DNA of 64,000 bases from Escherichia coli (GCF_003018255.1 NZ_CP027440.1); one strand, 5' to 3'. Counted from the stretch's first letter, positions 10,450 through 21,774 are shown. Numbers and translations: made by a program. The notes: a model not told the origin generated them from the sequence alone.

Positions 10450-10749
10450 ATGCCTGCTGTAATAGATAAAGCCCTGGATTTCATTGGTGCCATGGATGTA
10501 TCAGCACCAACACCAAGTTCGATGAATGAAAGCACGGCGAAGGGAATCTTTAAATATTTAAAAGAACTGGGAGTACCCGCGAGCGCAGCCGATATTACGG
10601 CGCGAGCTGACCAGGAAGGCTGGAACCCGGGGTTCACGGAAAAAATGGTTGGATGGGCAAAAAAAATGGAGTCTGGTGAACGCATTGTGATTAAAAATCC
10701 TGAATACTTTTCAACATATATGCAGGAAGAACTAAAAGCACTGGTCTAA
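10450..10749 (+). CDS. yoaC: DUF1889 protein YoaC, 99 aa
   Basis: Internal ATG at 10450 of ORF 10390..10749; TATAAT -10 hexamer about 80 bp upstream. Confidence 0.85.
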   Translation: MPAVIDKALDFIGAMDVSAPTPSSMNESTAKGIFKYLKELGVPASAADITARADQEGWNPGFTEKMVGWAKKMESGERIVIKNPEYFSTYMQEELKALV

Positions 10750-10777
10750 GTTAAATTTATATCAGCATAAATGGGTC

Positions 10778-10815
10778 AGGACGCTTTTAATCACATATGA
10801 AAAGCGTCCTTTTTC
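10778..10815. terminator. Bidirectional intrinsic terminator between convergent yoaC and yoaH
   Basis: 11-bp perfect stem aggacgctttt / aaaagcgtcct with 11-nt loop followed by ttttct. Confidence 0.7.
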
Positions 10816-10868
10816 TCACAATCAAATAACTATCGGCTTCTATAACGAAAGCGATACGGATAAGTGTG

Positions 10869-11048
10869 TTACTCGTCTTCATCCTCAAAACGCGCCACGA
10901 TTCGCTCGCCGGAATGGTTGGCACGCAGCTCTTCTGCCACCAATGCGATTGCCTGGCCGCTGCTCATCCCTTGTGCCATCAGTTCCTGGATCCGCTCGAC
11001 GGCTTTTTGCTGCTGTTCATGGGTGAGTGAAGGTAAACCTGCAAACAT
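10869..11048 (-). CDS. yoaH: Small UPF0181 protein YoaH, 59 aa
   Basis: Minus-strand reading from ATG at 11046-11048 gives [27 protein letters not shown]...RFEDEDE and stop at 10869-10871; not in supplied ORF track because under length cut-off. Confidence 0.85.
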
Positions 11049-11121
11049 TGTTAACTCCTGCTAAATTGTTGGCGCTAATTATTTCATGCTACCCGGCACA
11101 TAGCCAGTAGAGTCAGGACTG

Positions 11122-12483
11122 ATGAAGACGTTATCTCCCGCTGTGATTACTTTACCCTGGCGTCAGGACGCCGCTGAATTTTATTTCTCACGCTTAAGCC
11201 ACCTGCCGTGGGCGATGCTTTTACACTCCGGCTATGCCGATCATCCATATAGCCGCTTTGATATTGTGGTCGCCGAGCCGATTTGCACTTTAACCACTTT
11301 CGGTAAAGAAACCGTTGTTAGTGAAAACGAAAAACGCACAACGACCACTGATGACCCGCTACAAGTGCTCCAGCAGGTGCTGGATCGCGCAGACATTCGC
11401 CCAGCGCATAACGAAGATTTGCCATTTCAGGGCGGCGCGCTGGGGTTGTTTGGCTACGATCTGGGCCGCCGTTTTGAGTCACTGCCAGAAATTGCGCAGC
11501 AAGATATCGTTCTGCCGGATATGGCAGTGGGTATCTACGACTGGGCGCTGGTTGTTGACCACCAGCGTCAAACAGTTTCTTTGCTGAGTCATAATGATGT
11601 CAATGCCCGTCGGGCCTGGCTGGAAAGCCAGCAATTCTCCCCGCAGGAAGATTTCGCGCTCACTTCCGACTGGCAATCCAATATAACCCGCGAGCAGTAC
11701 GGCGAAAAATTTCGCCAGGTACAGGAATATCTGCACAGTGGTGATTGCTATCAGGTGAATCTCGCCCAGCGTTTTCATGCGACCTATTCTGGCGATGAAT
11801 GGCAGGCATTCCTTCAGCTTAATCAGGCCAACCGCGCGCCATTTAGCGCTTTTTTACGTCTTGAACAGGGTGCAATTTTAAGCCTTTCGCCAGAGCGGTT
11901 TATTCTTTGTGATAATAGTGAAATCCAGACCCGCCCGATTAAAGGCACGCTACCACGCCTGCCCGATCCTCAGGAAGATAGCAAACAAGCAGAAAAACTG
12001 GCGAACTCAGCGAAAGATCGTGCCGAAAATCTGATGATTGTCGATTTAATGCGTAATGATATCGGTCGTGTTGCCGTAGCAGGTTCGGTAAAAGTACCAG
12101 AGCTGTTCGTGGTGGAACCCTTCCCTGCCGTGCATCATCTGGTCAGCACCATAACGGCGCAACTACCAGAACAGTTACACGCCAGCGATCTGCTGCGCGC
12201 AGCTTTTCCTGGTGGCTCAATAACCGGGGCTCCGAAAGTACGGGCTATGGAAATTATCGACGAACTGGAACCGCAGCGACGTAATGCCTGGTGCGGCAGC
12301 ATTGGCTATTTGAGCTTTTGCGGCAACATGGACACCAGCATTACTATCCGCACACTGACTGCCATTAACGGACAAATTTACTGCTCTGCGGGCGGTGGAA
12401 TTGTCGCCGATAGCCAGGAAGAAGCGGAATATCAGGAAACTTTTGATAAAGTTAATAAGATATTACGCCAACTGGAGAAGTAA
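11122..12483 (+). CDS. pabB: Aminodeoxychorismate synthase component I (PabB), 453 aa
   Basis: ORF 11122..12483; chorismate-binding enzyme translation; length exact. Confidence 0.95.
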   Translation: MKTLSPAVITLPWRQDAAEFYFSRLSHLPWAMLLHSGYADHPYSRFDIVVAEPICTLTTFGKETVVSENEKRTTTTDDPLQVLQQVLDRADIRPAHNEDLPFQGGALGLFGYDLGRRFESLPEIAQQDIVLPDMAVGIYDWALVVDHQRQTVSLLSHNDVNARRAWLESQQFSPQEDFALTSDWQSNITREQYGEKFRQVQEYLHSGDCYQVNLAQRFHATYSGDEWQAFLQLNQANRAPFSAFLRLEQGAILSLSPERFILCDNSEIQTRPIKGTLPRLPDPQEDSKQAEKLANSAKDRAENLMIVDLMRNDIGRVAVAGSVKVPELFVVEPFPAVHHLVSTITAQLPEQLHASDLLRAAFPGGSITGAPKVRAMEIIDELEPQRRNAWCGSIGYLSFCGNMDTSITIRTLTAINGQIYCSAGGGIVADSQEEAEYQETFDKVNKILRQLEK

Positions 12484-12486
12484 GAC

Positions 12487-13065
12487 GTGGAATACCGTAG
12501 CCTGACGCTTGATGATTTTTTATCGCGCTTTCAACTTTTGCGCCCGCAAATTAACCGGGAAACCCTAAATCATCGTCAGGCTGCCGTGTTAATCCCCATC
12601 GTCCGTCGACCGCAACCGGGGTTGTTGCTGACTCAGCGTTCGATTCATCTGCGTAAACACGCTGGACAAGTGGCATTCCCTGGAGGCGCAGTCGATGACA
12701 CGGACGCATCAGTTATCGCCGCTGCGCTGCGCGAAGCTGAAGAAGAGGTCGCTATACCGCCTTCCGCCGTTGAAGTTATCGGCGTGCTGCCGCCCGTCGA
12801 TAGCGTAACTGGCTATCAGGTAACCCCGGTGGTCGGCATTATCCCGCCCGATCTGCCGTATCGCGCCAGTGAAGATGAAGTCTCGGCGGTGTTTGAAATG
12901 CCGCTCGCCCAGGCATTACATCTGGGTCGTTATCACCCTTTAGATATCTACCGCCGTGGCGATTCACATCGGGTATGGCTGTCCTGGTACGAACAGTATT
13001 TTGTATGGGGAATGACCGCAGGCATTATTCGTGAACTGGCGCTGCAAATTGGTGTGAAACCCTGA
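12487..13065 (+). CDS. nudL: CoA pyrophosphatase, Nudix hydrolase NudL (YeaB), 192 aa, GTG start
   Basis: ORF 12487..13065 starting GTG 4 nt after pabB stop; Nudix box [22 protein letters not shown]. Confidence 0.9.
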
Positions 13066-13248
13066 CTATACTTATCTTTACATCTACAAAACACTACTTG
13101 AGACAATCATCGCAATATTAGTTAAATCGCGGTTTTTGATTAGTTTAATTCATGTGAATAGTTAAGCCAGTCGCCGCGTTCCCTCTTACACTATGCGCTG
13201 TTATTAGTTCGTTACTGGAAGTCCAGTCACCTTGTCAGGAGTATTATC

Positions 13249-14613
13249 GTGATTAGTCTATTCGACATGTTTAAGGTGGGGATTGGTCCCTCATCTTCCC
13301 ATACCGTAGGGCCTATGAAGGCGGGTAAACAGTTCGTCGATGATCTGGTCGAAAAAGGCTTACTGGATAGCGTTACTCGCGTTGCCGTGGACGTTTATGG
13401 TTCACTGTCGCTGACGGGTAAAGGCCACCACACCGATATCGCCATTATTATGGGTCTTGCAGGTAACGAACCTGCCACCGTGGATATCGACAGTATTCCC
13501 GGTTTTATTCGCGACGTAGAAGAGCGCGAACGTCTGCTGCTGGCACAGGGACGGCATGAAGTGGATTTCCCGCGCGACAACGGGATGCGTTTTCATAACG
13601 GCAACCTGCCGCTGCATGAAAACGGTATGCAAATCCACGCCTATAATGGCGATGAAGTCGTCTACAGCAAAACTTATTATTCCATCGGCGGCGGTTTTAT
13701 CGTCGATGAAGAACACTTTGGTCAGGATGCCGCCAACGAAGTGAGCGTGCCGTATCCGTTCAAATCTGCCACCGAACTGCTCGCGTACTGTAATGAAACC
13801 GGCTATTCGCTGTCTGGTCTCGCCATGCAGAACGAACTGGCGCTGCACAGCAAGAAAGAGATCGACGAGTATTTCGCTCATGTCTGGCAAACCATGCAGG
13901 CATGTATCGATCGCGGGATGAATACCGAAGGCGTACTGCCAGGCCCGCTGCGCGTGCCGCGTCGTGCGTCGGCCCTGCGCCGGATGTTAGTTTCCAGCGA
14001 TAAACTGTCTAACGATCCGATGAATGTCATTGACTGGGTAAACATGTTTGCGCTGGCAGTTAACGAAGAAAACGCCGCCGGTGGTCGTGTGGTAACTGCG
14101 CCAACCAACGGTGCCTGCGGTATCGTTCCGGCAGTGCTGGCTTACTATGACCACTTTATTGAATCGGTCAGCCCGGACATCTATACCCGTTACTTTATGG
14201 CAGCGGGCGCGATTGGTGCATTGTATAAAATGAACGCCTCTATTTCCGGTGCGGAAGTTGGTTGCCAGGGCGAAGTGGGTGTTGCCTGTTCAATGGCTGC
14301 TGCGGGTCTTGCAGAACTGCTGGGCGGTAGCCCGGAACAGGTTTGCGTGGCGGCGGAAATTGGCATGGAACACAACCTTGGTTTAACCTGCGACCCGGTT
14401 GCAGGGCAGGTTCAGGTGCCGTGCATTGAGCGTAATGCCATTGCCTCTGTGAAGGCGATTAACGCCGCACGGATGGCTCTGCGCCGCACCAGTGCACCGC
14501 GCGTCTCGCTGGATAAGGTCATCGAAACGATGTACGAAACCGGTAAGGACATGAACGCCAAATACCGCGAAACCTCACGCGGTGGTCTGGCAATCAAAGT
14601 CCAGTGTGACTAA
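13249..14613 (+). CDS. sdaA: L-serine dehydratase 1 (4Fe-4S), 454 aa, GTG start
   Basis: ORF 13249..14613; translation matches SdaA. Confidence 0.95.
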   Translation: MISLFDMFKVGIGPSSSHTVGPMKAGKQFVDDLVEKGLLDSVTRVAVDVYGSLSLTGKGHHTDIAIIMGLAGNEPATVDIDSIPGFIRDVEERERLLLAQGRHEVDFPRDNGMRFHNGNLPLHENGMQIHAYNGDEVVYSKTYYSIGGGFIVDEEHFGQDAANEVSVPYPFKSATELLAYCNETGYSLSGLAMQNELALHSKKEIDEYFAHVWQTMQACIDRGMNTEGVLPGPLRVPRRASALRRMLVSSDKLSNDPMNVIDWVNMFALAVNEENAAGGRVVTAPTNGACGIVPAVLAYYDHFIESVSPDIYTRYFMAAGAIGALYKMNASISGAEVGCQGEVGVACSMAAAGLAELLGGSPEQVCVAAEIGMEHNLGLTCDPVAGQVQVPCIERNAIASVKAINAARMALRRTSAPRVSLDKVIETMYETGKDMNAKYRETSRGGLAIKVQCD

Positions 14614-14623
14614 TACTTCCTAC

Positions 14624-14654
14624 TCGCCCATCTGCAACGGATGGGCGAATTTAT
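14624..14654 (+). terminator. Probable sdaA intrinsic terminator
   Basis: 9-bp stem tcgcccatc / gatgggcga with 7-nt loop followed by atttat. Confidence 0.55.
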
Positions 14655-14743
14655 CCCCGCTTTCTCGTCTGCTGTAATATTCCCCACTACACTTCCACTG
14701 TTGCGTCAGGCGTTTGTCGCCATACGCTTACAGGGTGGCCCGC

Positions 14744-16342
14744 ATGCAAAAAGCACAACGGATCATTAAAACCTATCGCCGTAATCGAATGATTGTTTGT
14801 ACGATTTGCGCACTCGTTACGCTCGCTTCGACCCTGAGCGTGCGATTTATTTCACAGCGTAACTTAAATCAACAACGGGTAGTACAATTCGCCAATCACG
14901 CTGTAGAGGAATTAGATAAAGTACTGCTTCCCCTACAGGCAGGTAGCGAAGTCTTGCTTCCGCTGATTGGTCTGCCCTGCTCTGTCGCCCATTTGCCATT
15001 ACGTAAACAGGCGGCAAAACTCCAAACTGTGCGATCCATTGGCCTGGTGCAAGACGGCACACTTTATTGCTCCAGCATTTTTGGTTATCGCAATGTGCCC
15101 GTCGTGGACATTCTGGCTGAACTTCCTGCACCGCAACCACTTTTACGCCTGACGATCGACCGTGCCCTGATTAAAGGCAGTCCGGTTTTGATTCAATGGA
15201 CACCTTCAGCGGGCAGTAGCAATGCTGGGGTCATGGAGATGATTAACATCGACTTACTGACGGCAATGCTCCTTGAGCCACAACTGCCGCAAATCAGTAG
15301 CGCCAGCCTGACGGTGGGCAAACGGCATTTGCTCTATGGTAATGGGCTGGTAGATTCCCTTCCGCAACCTGAAGACAATGAAAACTATCAGGTTTCTTCG
15401 CAACGCTTTCCTTTTACCATTAACGTTAATGGTCCGGGGGCTACGGCGCTGGCATGGCACTATCTTCCAACACAATTACCGCTGGCGGTGCTGCTAAGTT
15501 TACTGGTGGGCTATATCGCCTGGCTGGCGACCGCTTACCGAATGAGCTTTTCCCGCGAAATCAATCTGGGCCTGGCGCAACATGAGTTCGAATTGTTCTG
15601 TCAGCCTTTGCTTAATGCGCACAGCCAGCAATGTATTGGTGTAGAGATTTTGCTGCGCTGGAACAATCCGCGTCAGGGCTGGATTTCACCGGATGTGTTT
15701 ATTCCTATCGCGGAAGAACATCATTTAATTGTGCCACTGACCCGCTATGTGATGGCAGAAACCATTCGTCAGCGCCATGTTTTCCCAATGAGTAGTCAGT
15801 TTCATGTTGGCATTAACGTCGCACCCAGTCATTTTCGCCGTGGTGTGCTGATAAAAGATCTCAATCAGTACTGGTTTAGCGCTCACCCGATTCAGCAACT
15901 GATCCTCGAAATCACCGAACGCGATGCCTTACTGGATGTTGATTATCGGATTGCCCGCGAGCTGCATCGTAAAAACGTCAAACTGGCGATTGATGACTTC
16001 GGCACCGGCAACAGTTCGTTTTCCTGGCTTGAAACATTACGTCCTGACGTGCTGAAAATTGATAAGTCATTTACCGCAGCTATAGGTTCTGACGCGGTTA
16101 ACTCGACGGTGACCGATATCATCATCGCGCTGGGGCAAAGACTGAATATTGAACTGGTGGCGGAGGGCGTGGAAACGCAAGAACAGGCGAAGTATTTGCG
16201 CCGTCATGGCGTGCATATTTTGCAAGGGTATTTGTACGCACAGCCGATGCCGCTACGTGATTTTCCCAAATGGCTGGCGGGCAGCCAACCGCCGCCCGCC
16301 CGGCATAATGGACATATCACACCCATTATGCCGTTACGTTAA
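14744..16342 (+). CDS. pdeD: Cyclic-di-GMP phosphodiesterase PdeD (YoaD), CSS-domain plus EAL domain, 532 aa
   Basis: Internal ATG at 14744 of ORF 14714..16342; EAL-domain motifs (EITER, DDFGTG) in C-terminal half. Confidence 0.9.
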   Translation: MQKAQRIIKTYRRNRMIVCTICALVTLASTLSVRFISQRNLNQQRVVQFANHAVEELDKVLLPLQAGSEVLLPLIGLPCSVAHLPLRKQAAKLQTVRSIGLVQDGTLYCSSIFGYRNVPVVDILAELPAPQPLLRLTIDRALIKGSPVLIQWTPSAGSSNAGVMEMINIDLLTAMLLEPQLPQISSASLTVGKRHLLYGNGLVDSLPQPEDNENYQVSSQRFPFTINVNGPGATALAWHYLPTQLPLAVLLSLLVGYIAWLATAYRMSFSREINLGLAQHEFELFCQPLLNAHSQQCIGVEILLRWNNPRQGWISPDVFIPIAEEHHLIVPLTRYVMAETIRQRHVFPMSSQFHVGINVAPSHFRRGVLIKDLNQYWFSAHPIQQLILEITERDALLDVDYRIARELHRKNVKLAIDDFGTGNSSFSWLETLRPDVLKIDKSFTAAIGSDAVNSTVTDIIIALGQRLNIELVAEGVETQEQAKYLRRHGVHILQGYLYAQPMPLRDFPKWLAGSQPPPARHNGHITPIMPLR

Positions 16343-16345
16343 CGC

Positions 16346-17902
16346 TTACTCATCTTCATCGTGCACCGGTTGCTCTTTAACAATGCGAACCAGATCAACA
16401 CGATAATCATTGGCTTCAATGATGGTGATATGCAGTGGCCCTACATCAATCACATCGCCCACACGGGGAATGTGACCATTTGCCGAGATCACGAGGCCCG
16501 CGACCGTCGCGATATCATCGTCATCGGCAAGGTGCTCAACATCAAGCGCCTGCTGCAAGGCATGCAAATCTGTACCGCCTTTTACCAGCCAGCCGTCACC
16601 ATCGGTAATGATTTCCGGCGTTTCGTCTGCGTCCGGGAATTCACCCGCAATGGCTTCCAGCACATCCAGCGGCGTGACCAGACCTTGTACCACACCAAAC
16701 TCGTTGGTCACGATAACAAAGCTCCCGCGAGCACGACGCAGCACGCCCAGCAGGTTGATCGGGTCAAGGGTTTCCGGAACGATAATTGCCGGAGACGCCG
16801 AAGCTATCGCCGCCACATCAACGCCCTCTTCCAGCGCCACCAGCAGTTCTTTAGCACGTACGATACCGATGATTTCATCCAGTTCACCGCGACATACCGG
16901 GAACAGACTGTGCGGTGAGGAGAGCAGCTGCTCGCGGATTTCATCGACCCCGAGATTAGCGTCAACCCAGCTTATTTCACCGCGCGGCGTCATGATCCCG
17001 CGCAGAGAACGCGACGCCAGCGTCAATACGCCGTTAATCATGTAACGTTCTTCTTCGGCAAACGCACCTTCCGGGATCGGCATCGGCATCGGGTTATCGG
17101 CATCGTGCTGAACATTGGCCTGACGTTTCCCGCCCATCAAACGCAGGATGGCATCGGCAGTACGCGCACGCAGCGGCAAAGTCGACTGGTGACGAATAAA
17201 GTTGCGACGCGCAATCTGGTTAAACACTTCGATGATGATCGAGAAGCCAATCGCGGCATACAGGTAACCTTTCGGAATGTGGAAACCGAAACCTTCTGCC
17301 ACCAGACTCAGACCTATCATTAACAGGAAGCTCAGACAGAGCACCACCACCGTTGGATGCTGGTTAACAAATCGCGTCAGCGGTTTCGATGCCAGCAGCA
17401 TAACCGCCATCGCAATCACTACCGCCGCCATCATCACCGGCAGATGGTTAACCATCCCTACTGCCGTAATTACCGCATCCAATGAGAAGACGGCGTCAAG
17501 GATGACAATCTGTGTGACGACCACCCAGAAACTGGCGTAGCCTTTACCGTGGCCGGAATCATGATCGCGGTTTTCCAGCCGTTCATGCAGTTCGGTTGTT
17601 GCTTTGAACAGCAAGAATATCCCCCCGAACAACATAATCAGGTCGCGTCCGGAGAAGGAGAAATCCATGACGGTAAATAGCGGTTTGGTCAGCGTGACCA
17701 TCCATGAAATCAGCGACAGCAGCCCCAGACGCATAATCAGCGCCAGTGATAATCCCAGCAAACGCGCTTTATCGCGTTGTTTTGGCGGCAGTTTGTCAGC
17801 AAGAATGGCGATGAAGACCAGGTTATCGATACCCAGCACAATTTCGAGAACAACAAGCGTGAGTAGCCCCGCCCAAATTGAGGGGTCCATTAAGAATTCC
17901 AT
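16346..17902 (-). CDS. yoaE: TerC-family inner-membrane protein with CBS and CorC-type C-terminal domains (YoaE), 518 aa
   Basis: ORF 16346..17902 minus; N-terminal TM TerC domain then CBS pair. Confidence 0.92.
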
Positions 17903-18364
17903 GACAAGCTCCTGCTTAAGGAATAGCTATTCGACGCCAGAAATAATGCAGGCGTAACGACAAAATGCAAACGAAAGGTGCGGCATAGAGTGCCAGAAAG
18001 ACAGGCGTTAAAAGGCCTGATGCTGAAATGACGTCGGTGACGATCCATACTGCGGGCTACTGCCCTATACTCCATGGTTGTTAAACGGGAGTTAAACATA
18101 TCAGAGACGCCTCTGATTTGGCAAAGATTTACCTTCCTTTGCAAACGAATGTGACAAGGATATTTTACCTTTCGAAATTTCTGCTAATCGAAAGTTAAAT
18201 TACGGATCTTCATCACATAAAATAATTTTTTCGATATCTAAAATAAATCGCGAAACGCAGGGGTTTTTGGTTGTAGCCCTTATCTGAATCGATTCGATTG
18301 TGGACGACGATTCAAAAATACATCTGGCACGTTGAGGTGTTAACGATAATAAAGGAGGTAGCAA

Positions 18365-19336
18365 GTGACCATTGCTATTGTTATAGGCACACATGGTTGG
18401 GCTGCAGAGCAGTTGCTTAAAACCGCAGAAATGCTGTTAGGCGAGCAGGAAAACGTCGGCTGGATCGATTTCGTTCCAGGTGAAAATGCCGAAACGCTGA
18501 TTGAAAAGTACAACGCTCAGTTGGCAAAACTCGACACCACTAAAGGCGTGCTGTTTCTCGTTGATACATGGGGAGGCAGCCCGTTCAATGCTGCCAGCCG
18601 CATTGTCGTCGACAAAGAGCATTATGAAGTCATTGCAGGCGTTAACATTCCAATGCTCGTGGAAACGTTAATGGCCCGTGATGATGACCCAAGCTTTGAT
18701 GAACTGGTGGCGCTGGCAGTAGAAACAGGCCGTGAAGGCGTGAAAGCACTGAAAGCCAAACCGGTTGAAAAAGCCGCGCCAGCACCCGCTGCCGCAGCAC
18801 CAAAAGCGACTCCAACTCCGGCAAAACCAATGGGACCAAACGACTACATGGTTATTGGCCTTGCGCGTATCGACGACCGTCTGATTCACGGTCAGGTCGC
18901 CACCCGCTGGACCAAAGAAACCAATGTCTCCCGTATTATTGTTGTTAGTGATGAAGTGGCTGCGGATACCGTTCGTAAGACACTGCTCACCCAGGTTGCA
19001 CCTCCGGGCGTAACAGCACACGTAGTTGATGTTGCCAAAATGATTCGCGTCTACAACAACCCGAAATATGCTGGCGAACGCGTAATGCTGTTATTTACCA
19101 ACCCAACAGATGTAGAGCGTCTCGTTGAAGGCGGCGTGAAAATCACCTCTGTTAACGTCGGTGGTATGGCATTCCGTCAGGGTAAAACCCAGGTGAATAA
19201 CGCGGTTTCGGTTGATGAAAAAGATATCGAGGCGTTCAAGAAACTGAATGCGCGCGGTATTGAGCTGGAAGTCCGTAAGGTTTCCACCGATCCGAAACTG
19301 AAAATGATGGATCTGATCAGCAAAATCGATAAGTAA
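18365..19336 (+). CDS. manX: Mannose PTS enzyme IIAB (ManX), 323 aa, GTG start
   Basis: ORF 18365..19336; Ala/Pro-rich linker between IIA and IIB domains; SD aaggagg upstream. Confidence 0.95.
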   Translation: MTIAIVIGTHGWAAEQLLKTAEMLLGEQENVGWIDFVPGENAETLIEKYNAQLAKLDTTKGVLFLVDTWGGSPFNAASRIVVDKEHYEVIAGVNIPMLVETLMARDDDPSFDELVALAVETGREGVKALKAKPVEKAAPAPAAAAPKATPTPAKPMGPNDYMVIGLARIDDRLIHGQVATRWTKETNVSRIIVVSDEVAADTVRKTLLTQVAPPGVTAHVVDVAKMIRVYNNPKYAGERVMLLFTNPTDVERLVEGGVKITSVNVGGMAFRQGKTQVNNAVSVDEKDIEAFKKLNARGIELEVRKVSTDPKLKMMDLISKIDK

Positions 19337-19398
19337 CGTATTGTGTTGATTATCACTCAGTTTTCACACTTAAGTCTTACGTAAACAGGAGAAGTACA

Positions 19399-20199
19399 AT
19401 GGAGATTACCACTCTTCAAATTGTGCTGGTATTTATCGTAGCCTGTATCGCAGGTATGGGATCAATCCTCGATGAATTTCAGTTTCACCGTCCGCTAATC
19501 GCGTGTACCCTGGTGGGTATCGTTCTTGGCGATATGAAAACCGGTATTATTATCGGTGGTACGCTGGAAATGATCGCGCTGGGCTGGATGAACATCGGTG
19601 CTGCAGTTGCGCCTGACGCCGCTCTGGCTTCCATCATTTCTACTATTCTGGTTATCGCAGGTCATCAGAGCATTGGTGCAGGTATCGCACTGGCAATCCC
19701 TCTGGCCGCTGCGGGCCAGGTACTGACCATCATCGTTCGTACTATTACCGTTGCTTTCCAGCACGCTGCGGATAAGGCTGCTGATAACGGCAACCTGACA
19801 GCGATTTCCTGGATCCACGTTTCTTCTCTGTTCCTGCAAGCAATGCGTGTGGCTATTCCGGCCGTCATCGTTGCGCTGTCTGTTGGTACCAGCGAAGTAC
19901 AGAACATGCTGAACGCGATTCCGGAAGTGGTGACCAATGGTCTGAATATCGCCGGTGGCATGATCGTGGTGGTTGGTTATGCGATGGTTATCAACATGAT
20001 GCGTGCTGGCTACCTGATGCCGTTCTTCTACCTCGGCTTCGTAACCGCAGCATTCACCAACTTTAACCTGGTTGCTCTGGGTGTGATTGGTACTGTTATG
20101 GCAGTGCTCTACATCCAACTTAGCCCGAAATACAACCGCGTGGCCGGTGCGCCTGCTCAGGCAGCTGGTAACAACGATCTCGATAACGAACTGGACTAA
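19399..20199 (+). CDS. manY: Mannose PTS enzyme IIC (ManY), 266 aa
   Basis: ORF 19399..20199; polytopic membrane protein; SD aggaga upstream. Confidence 0.95.
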   Translation: MEITTLQIVLVFIVACIAGMGSILDEFQFHRPLIACTLVGIVLGDMKTGIIIGGTLEMIALGWMNIGAAVAPDAALASIISTILVIAGHQSIGAGIALAIPLAAAGQVLTIIVRTITVAFQHAADKAADNGNLTAISWIHVSSLFLQAMRVAIPAVIVALSVGTSEVQNMLNAIPEVVTNGLNIAGGMIVVVGYAMVINMMRAGYLMPFFYLGFVTAAFTNFNLVALGVIGTVMAVLYIQLSPKYNRVAGAPAQAAGNNDLDNELD

Positions 20200-20211
20200 C
20201 AGGTGAGCGAA

Positions 20212-21063
20212 ATGGTTGATACAACTCAAACTACCACCGAGAAAAAACTCACTCAAAGTGATATTCGTGGCGTCTTCCTGCGTTCTAACCTCTTCCAGGG
20301 TTCATGGAACTTCGAACGTATGCAGGCACTGGGTTTCTGCTTCTCTATGGTACCGGCAATTCGTCGACTCTACCCTGAGAACAACGAAGCTCGTAAACAA
20401 GCTATTCGCCGTCACCTGGAGTTCTTTAACACCCAGCCGTTCGTGGCTGCGCCGATTCTCGGCGTAACCCTGGCGCTGGAAGAACAGCGTGCTAATGGCG
20501 CAGAGATCGATGACGGTGCTATCAACGGTATCAAAGTCGGTTTGATGGGGCCGCTGGCTGGTGTAGGCGACCCGATCTTCTGGGGAACCGTACGTCCGGT
20601 ATTTGCAGCACTGGGGGCCGGTATCGCAATGAGCGGCAGCCTGTTAGGTCCGCTGCTGTTCTTCATCTTGTTTAACCTGGTGCGTCTGGCAACCCGTTAC
20701 TACGGCGTAGCGTATGGTTACTCCAAAGGTATCGATATCGTTAAAGATATGGGTGGTGGCTTCCTGCAAAAACTGACGGAAGGGGCGTCTATCCTCGGCC
20801 TGTTTGTCATGGGGGCATTGGTTAACAAGTGGACACATGTCAACATCCCGCTGGTGGTCTCTCGCATTACTGACCAGACGGGCAAAGAACACGTTACCAC
20901 TGTCCAGACTATTCTGGACCAGTTAATGCCAGGCCTGGTACCACTGCTGCTGACCTTTGCTTGTATGTGGCTACTGCGCAAAAAAGTTAACCCGCTGTGG
21001 ATCATCGTTGGCTTCTTCGTCATCGGTATCGCTGGTTACGCTTGCGGCCTGCTGGGACTGTAA
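20212..21063 (+). CDS. manZ: Mannose PTS enzyme IID (ManZ), 283 aa (alternative GTG start at 20203 would give 286 aa)
   Basis: ORF 20203..21063; ATG at 20212 is preceded by SD aggtga with good spacing. Confidence 0.9.
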   Translation: MVDTTQTTTEKKLTQSDIRGVFLRSNLFQGSWNFERMQALGFCFSMVPAIRRLYPENNEARKQAIRRHLEFFNTQPFVAAPILGVTLALEEQRANGAEIDDGAINGIKVGLMGPLAGVGDPIFWGTVRPVFAALGAGIAMSGSLLGPLLFFILFNLVRLATRYYGVAYGYSKGIDIVKDMGGGFLQKLTEGASILGLFVMGALVNKWTHVNIPLVVSRITDQTGKEHVTTVQTILDQLMPGLVPLLLTFACMWLLRKKVNPLWIIVGFFVIGIAGYACGLLGL

Positions 21064-21078
21064 GACTGTTGTACACTA

Positions 21079-21105
21079 CCGGGGCCTTTTGGCCCCGTTT
21101 TTTTA
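21079..21105 (+). terminator. manXYZ intrinsic terminator
   Basis: ccggggcc-tttt-ggccccg stem-loop followed by ttttttt. Confidence 0.75.
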
Positions 21106-21117
21106 TCTGGAGGATTA

Positions 21118-21576
21118 ATGACAATCACGGACCTGGTACTGATTCTTTTCATCGCCGCACTCCTGGCCTTCGCGATCTACGATCAGTTCATCATGCCCCG
21201 CCGTAACGGCCCCACTCTGCTGGCAATTCCTTTGCTCCGGCGTGGTCGCATCGATAGCGTTATCTTCGTCGGATTGATTGTCATTCTTATCTATAACAAC
21301 GTCACGAATCATGGCGCGCTAATAACAACATGGTTATTAAGTGCACTGGCTCTGATGGGTTTTTATATATTCTGGATCCGCGTTCCGAAGATCATCTTTA
21401 AACAAAAAGGTTTTTTCTTCGCCAATGTCTGGATTGAATATAGCCGAATCAAAGCGATGAACTTGTCGGAAGATGGCGTGTTGGTGATGCAATTAGAACA
21501 GCGTCGGCTGTTAATCCGCGTTCGAAATATCGACGATCTGGAAAAAATTTATAAGCTTCTCGTTTCAACTCAATAA
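21118..21576 (+). CDS. yobD: UPF0266 inner-membrane protein YobD, 152 aa
   Basis: ORF 21118..21576; hydrophobic translation; SD ggagga upstream. Confidence 0.9.
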
Positions 21577-21593
21577 GTTATCAATTTAGCCAA

Positions 21594-21642
21594 AGCTATG
21601 TTTAGTGTATTTTTAATAATCAGACATAGCTTAGGCTATATT
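21594..21642. promoter_or_regulatory. Candidate MntR operator(s) upstream of mntP
   Basis: Palindromic ACATAGC-ttag-GCTATATT at 21624-21642 and half-site GCTATGTTT at 21595-21603. Confidence 0.45.
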
Positions 21643-21774
21643 ACCCCTTCCCTTATTTGTTATTTATTTTAACGTTTCATTGATATATAAATCTAAATGA
21701 AAATCGTTATCAATAAAGCAATGAAATAATATATTCCAACAGTTGTTTTATATTCTCAAAATATGTTAAGGTTG

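Noticed and set aside
16361-17045. Plus-strand ORFs of 185 and 145 aa
   Set aside because: Antisense within yoaE; Ser/Thr/Arg-rich composition; shadow ORFs.
19495-20256. 253-aa minus-strand ORF
   Set aside because: Antisense across manY and the start of manZ; His/Cys/Arg-rich low-complexity translation typical of a wrong frame.
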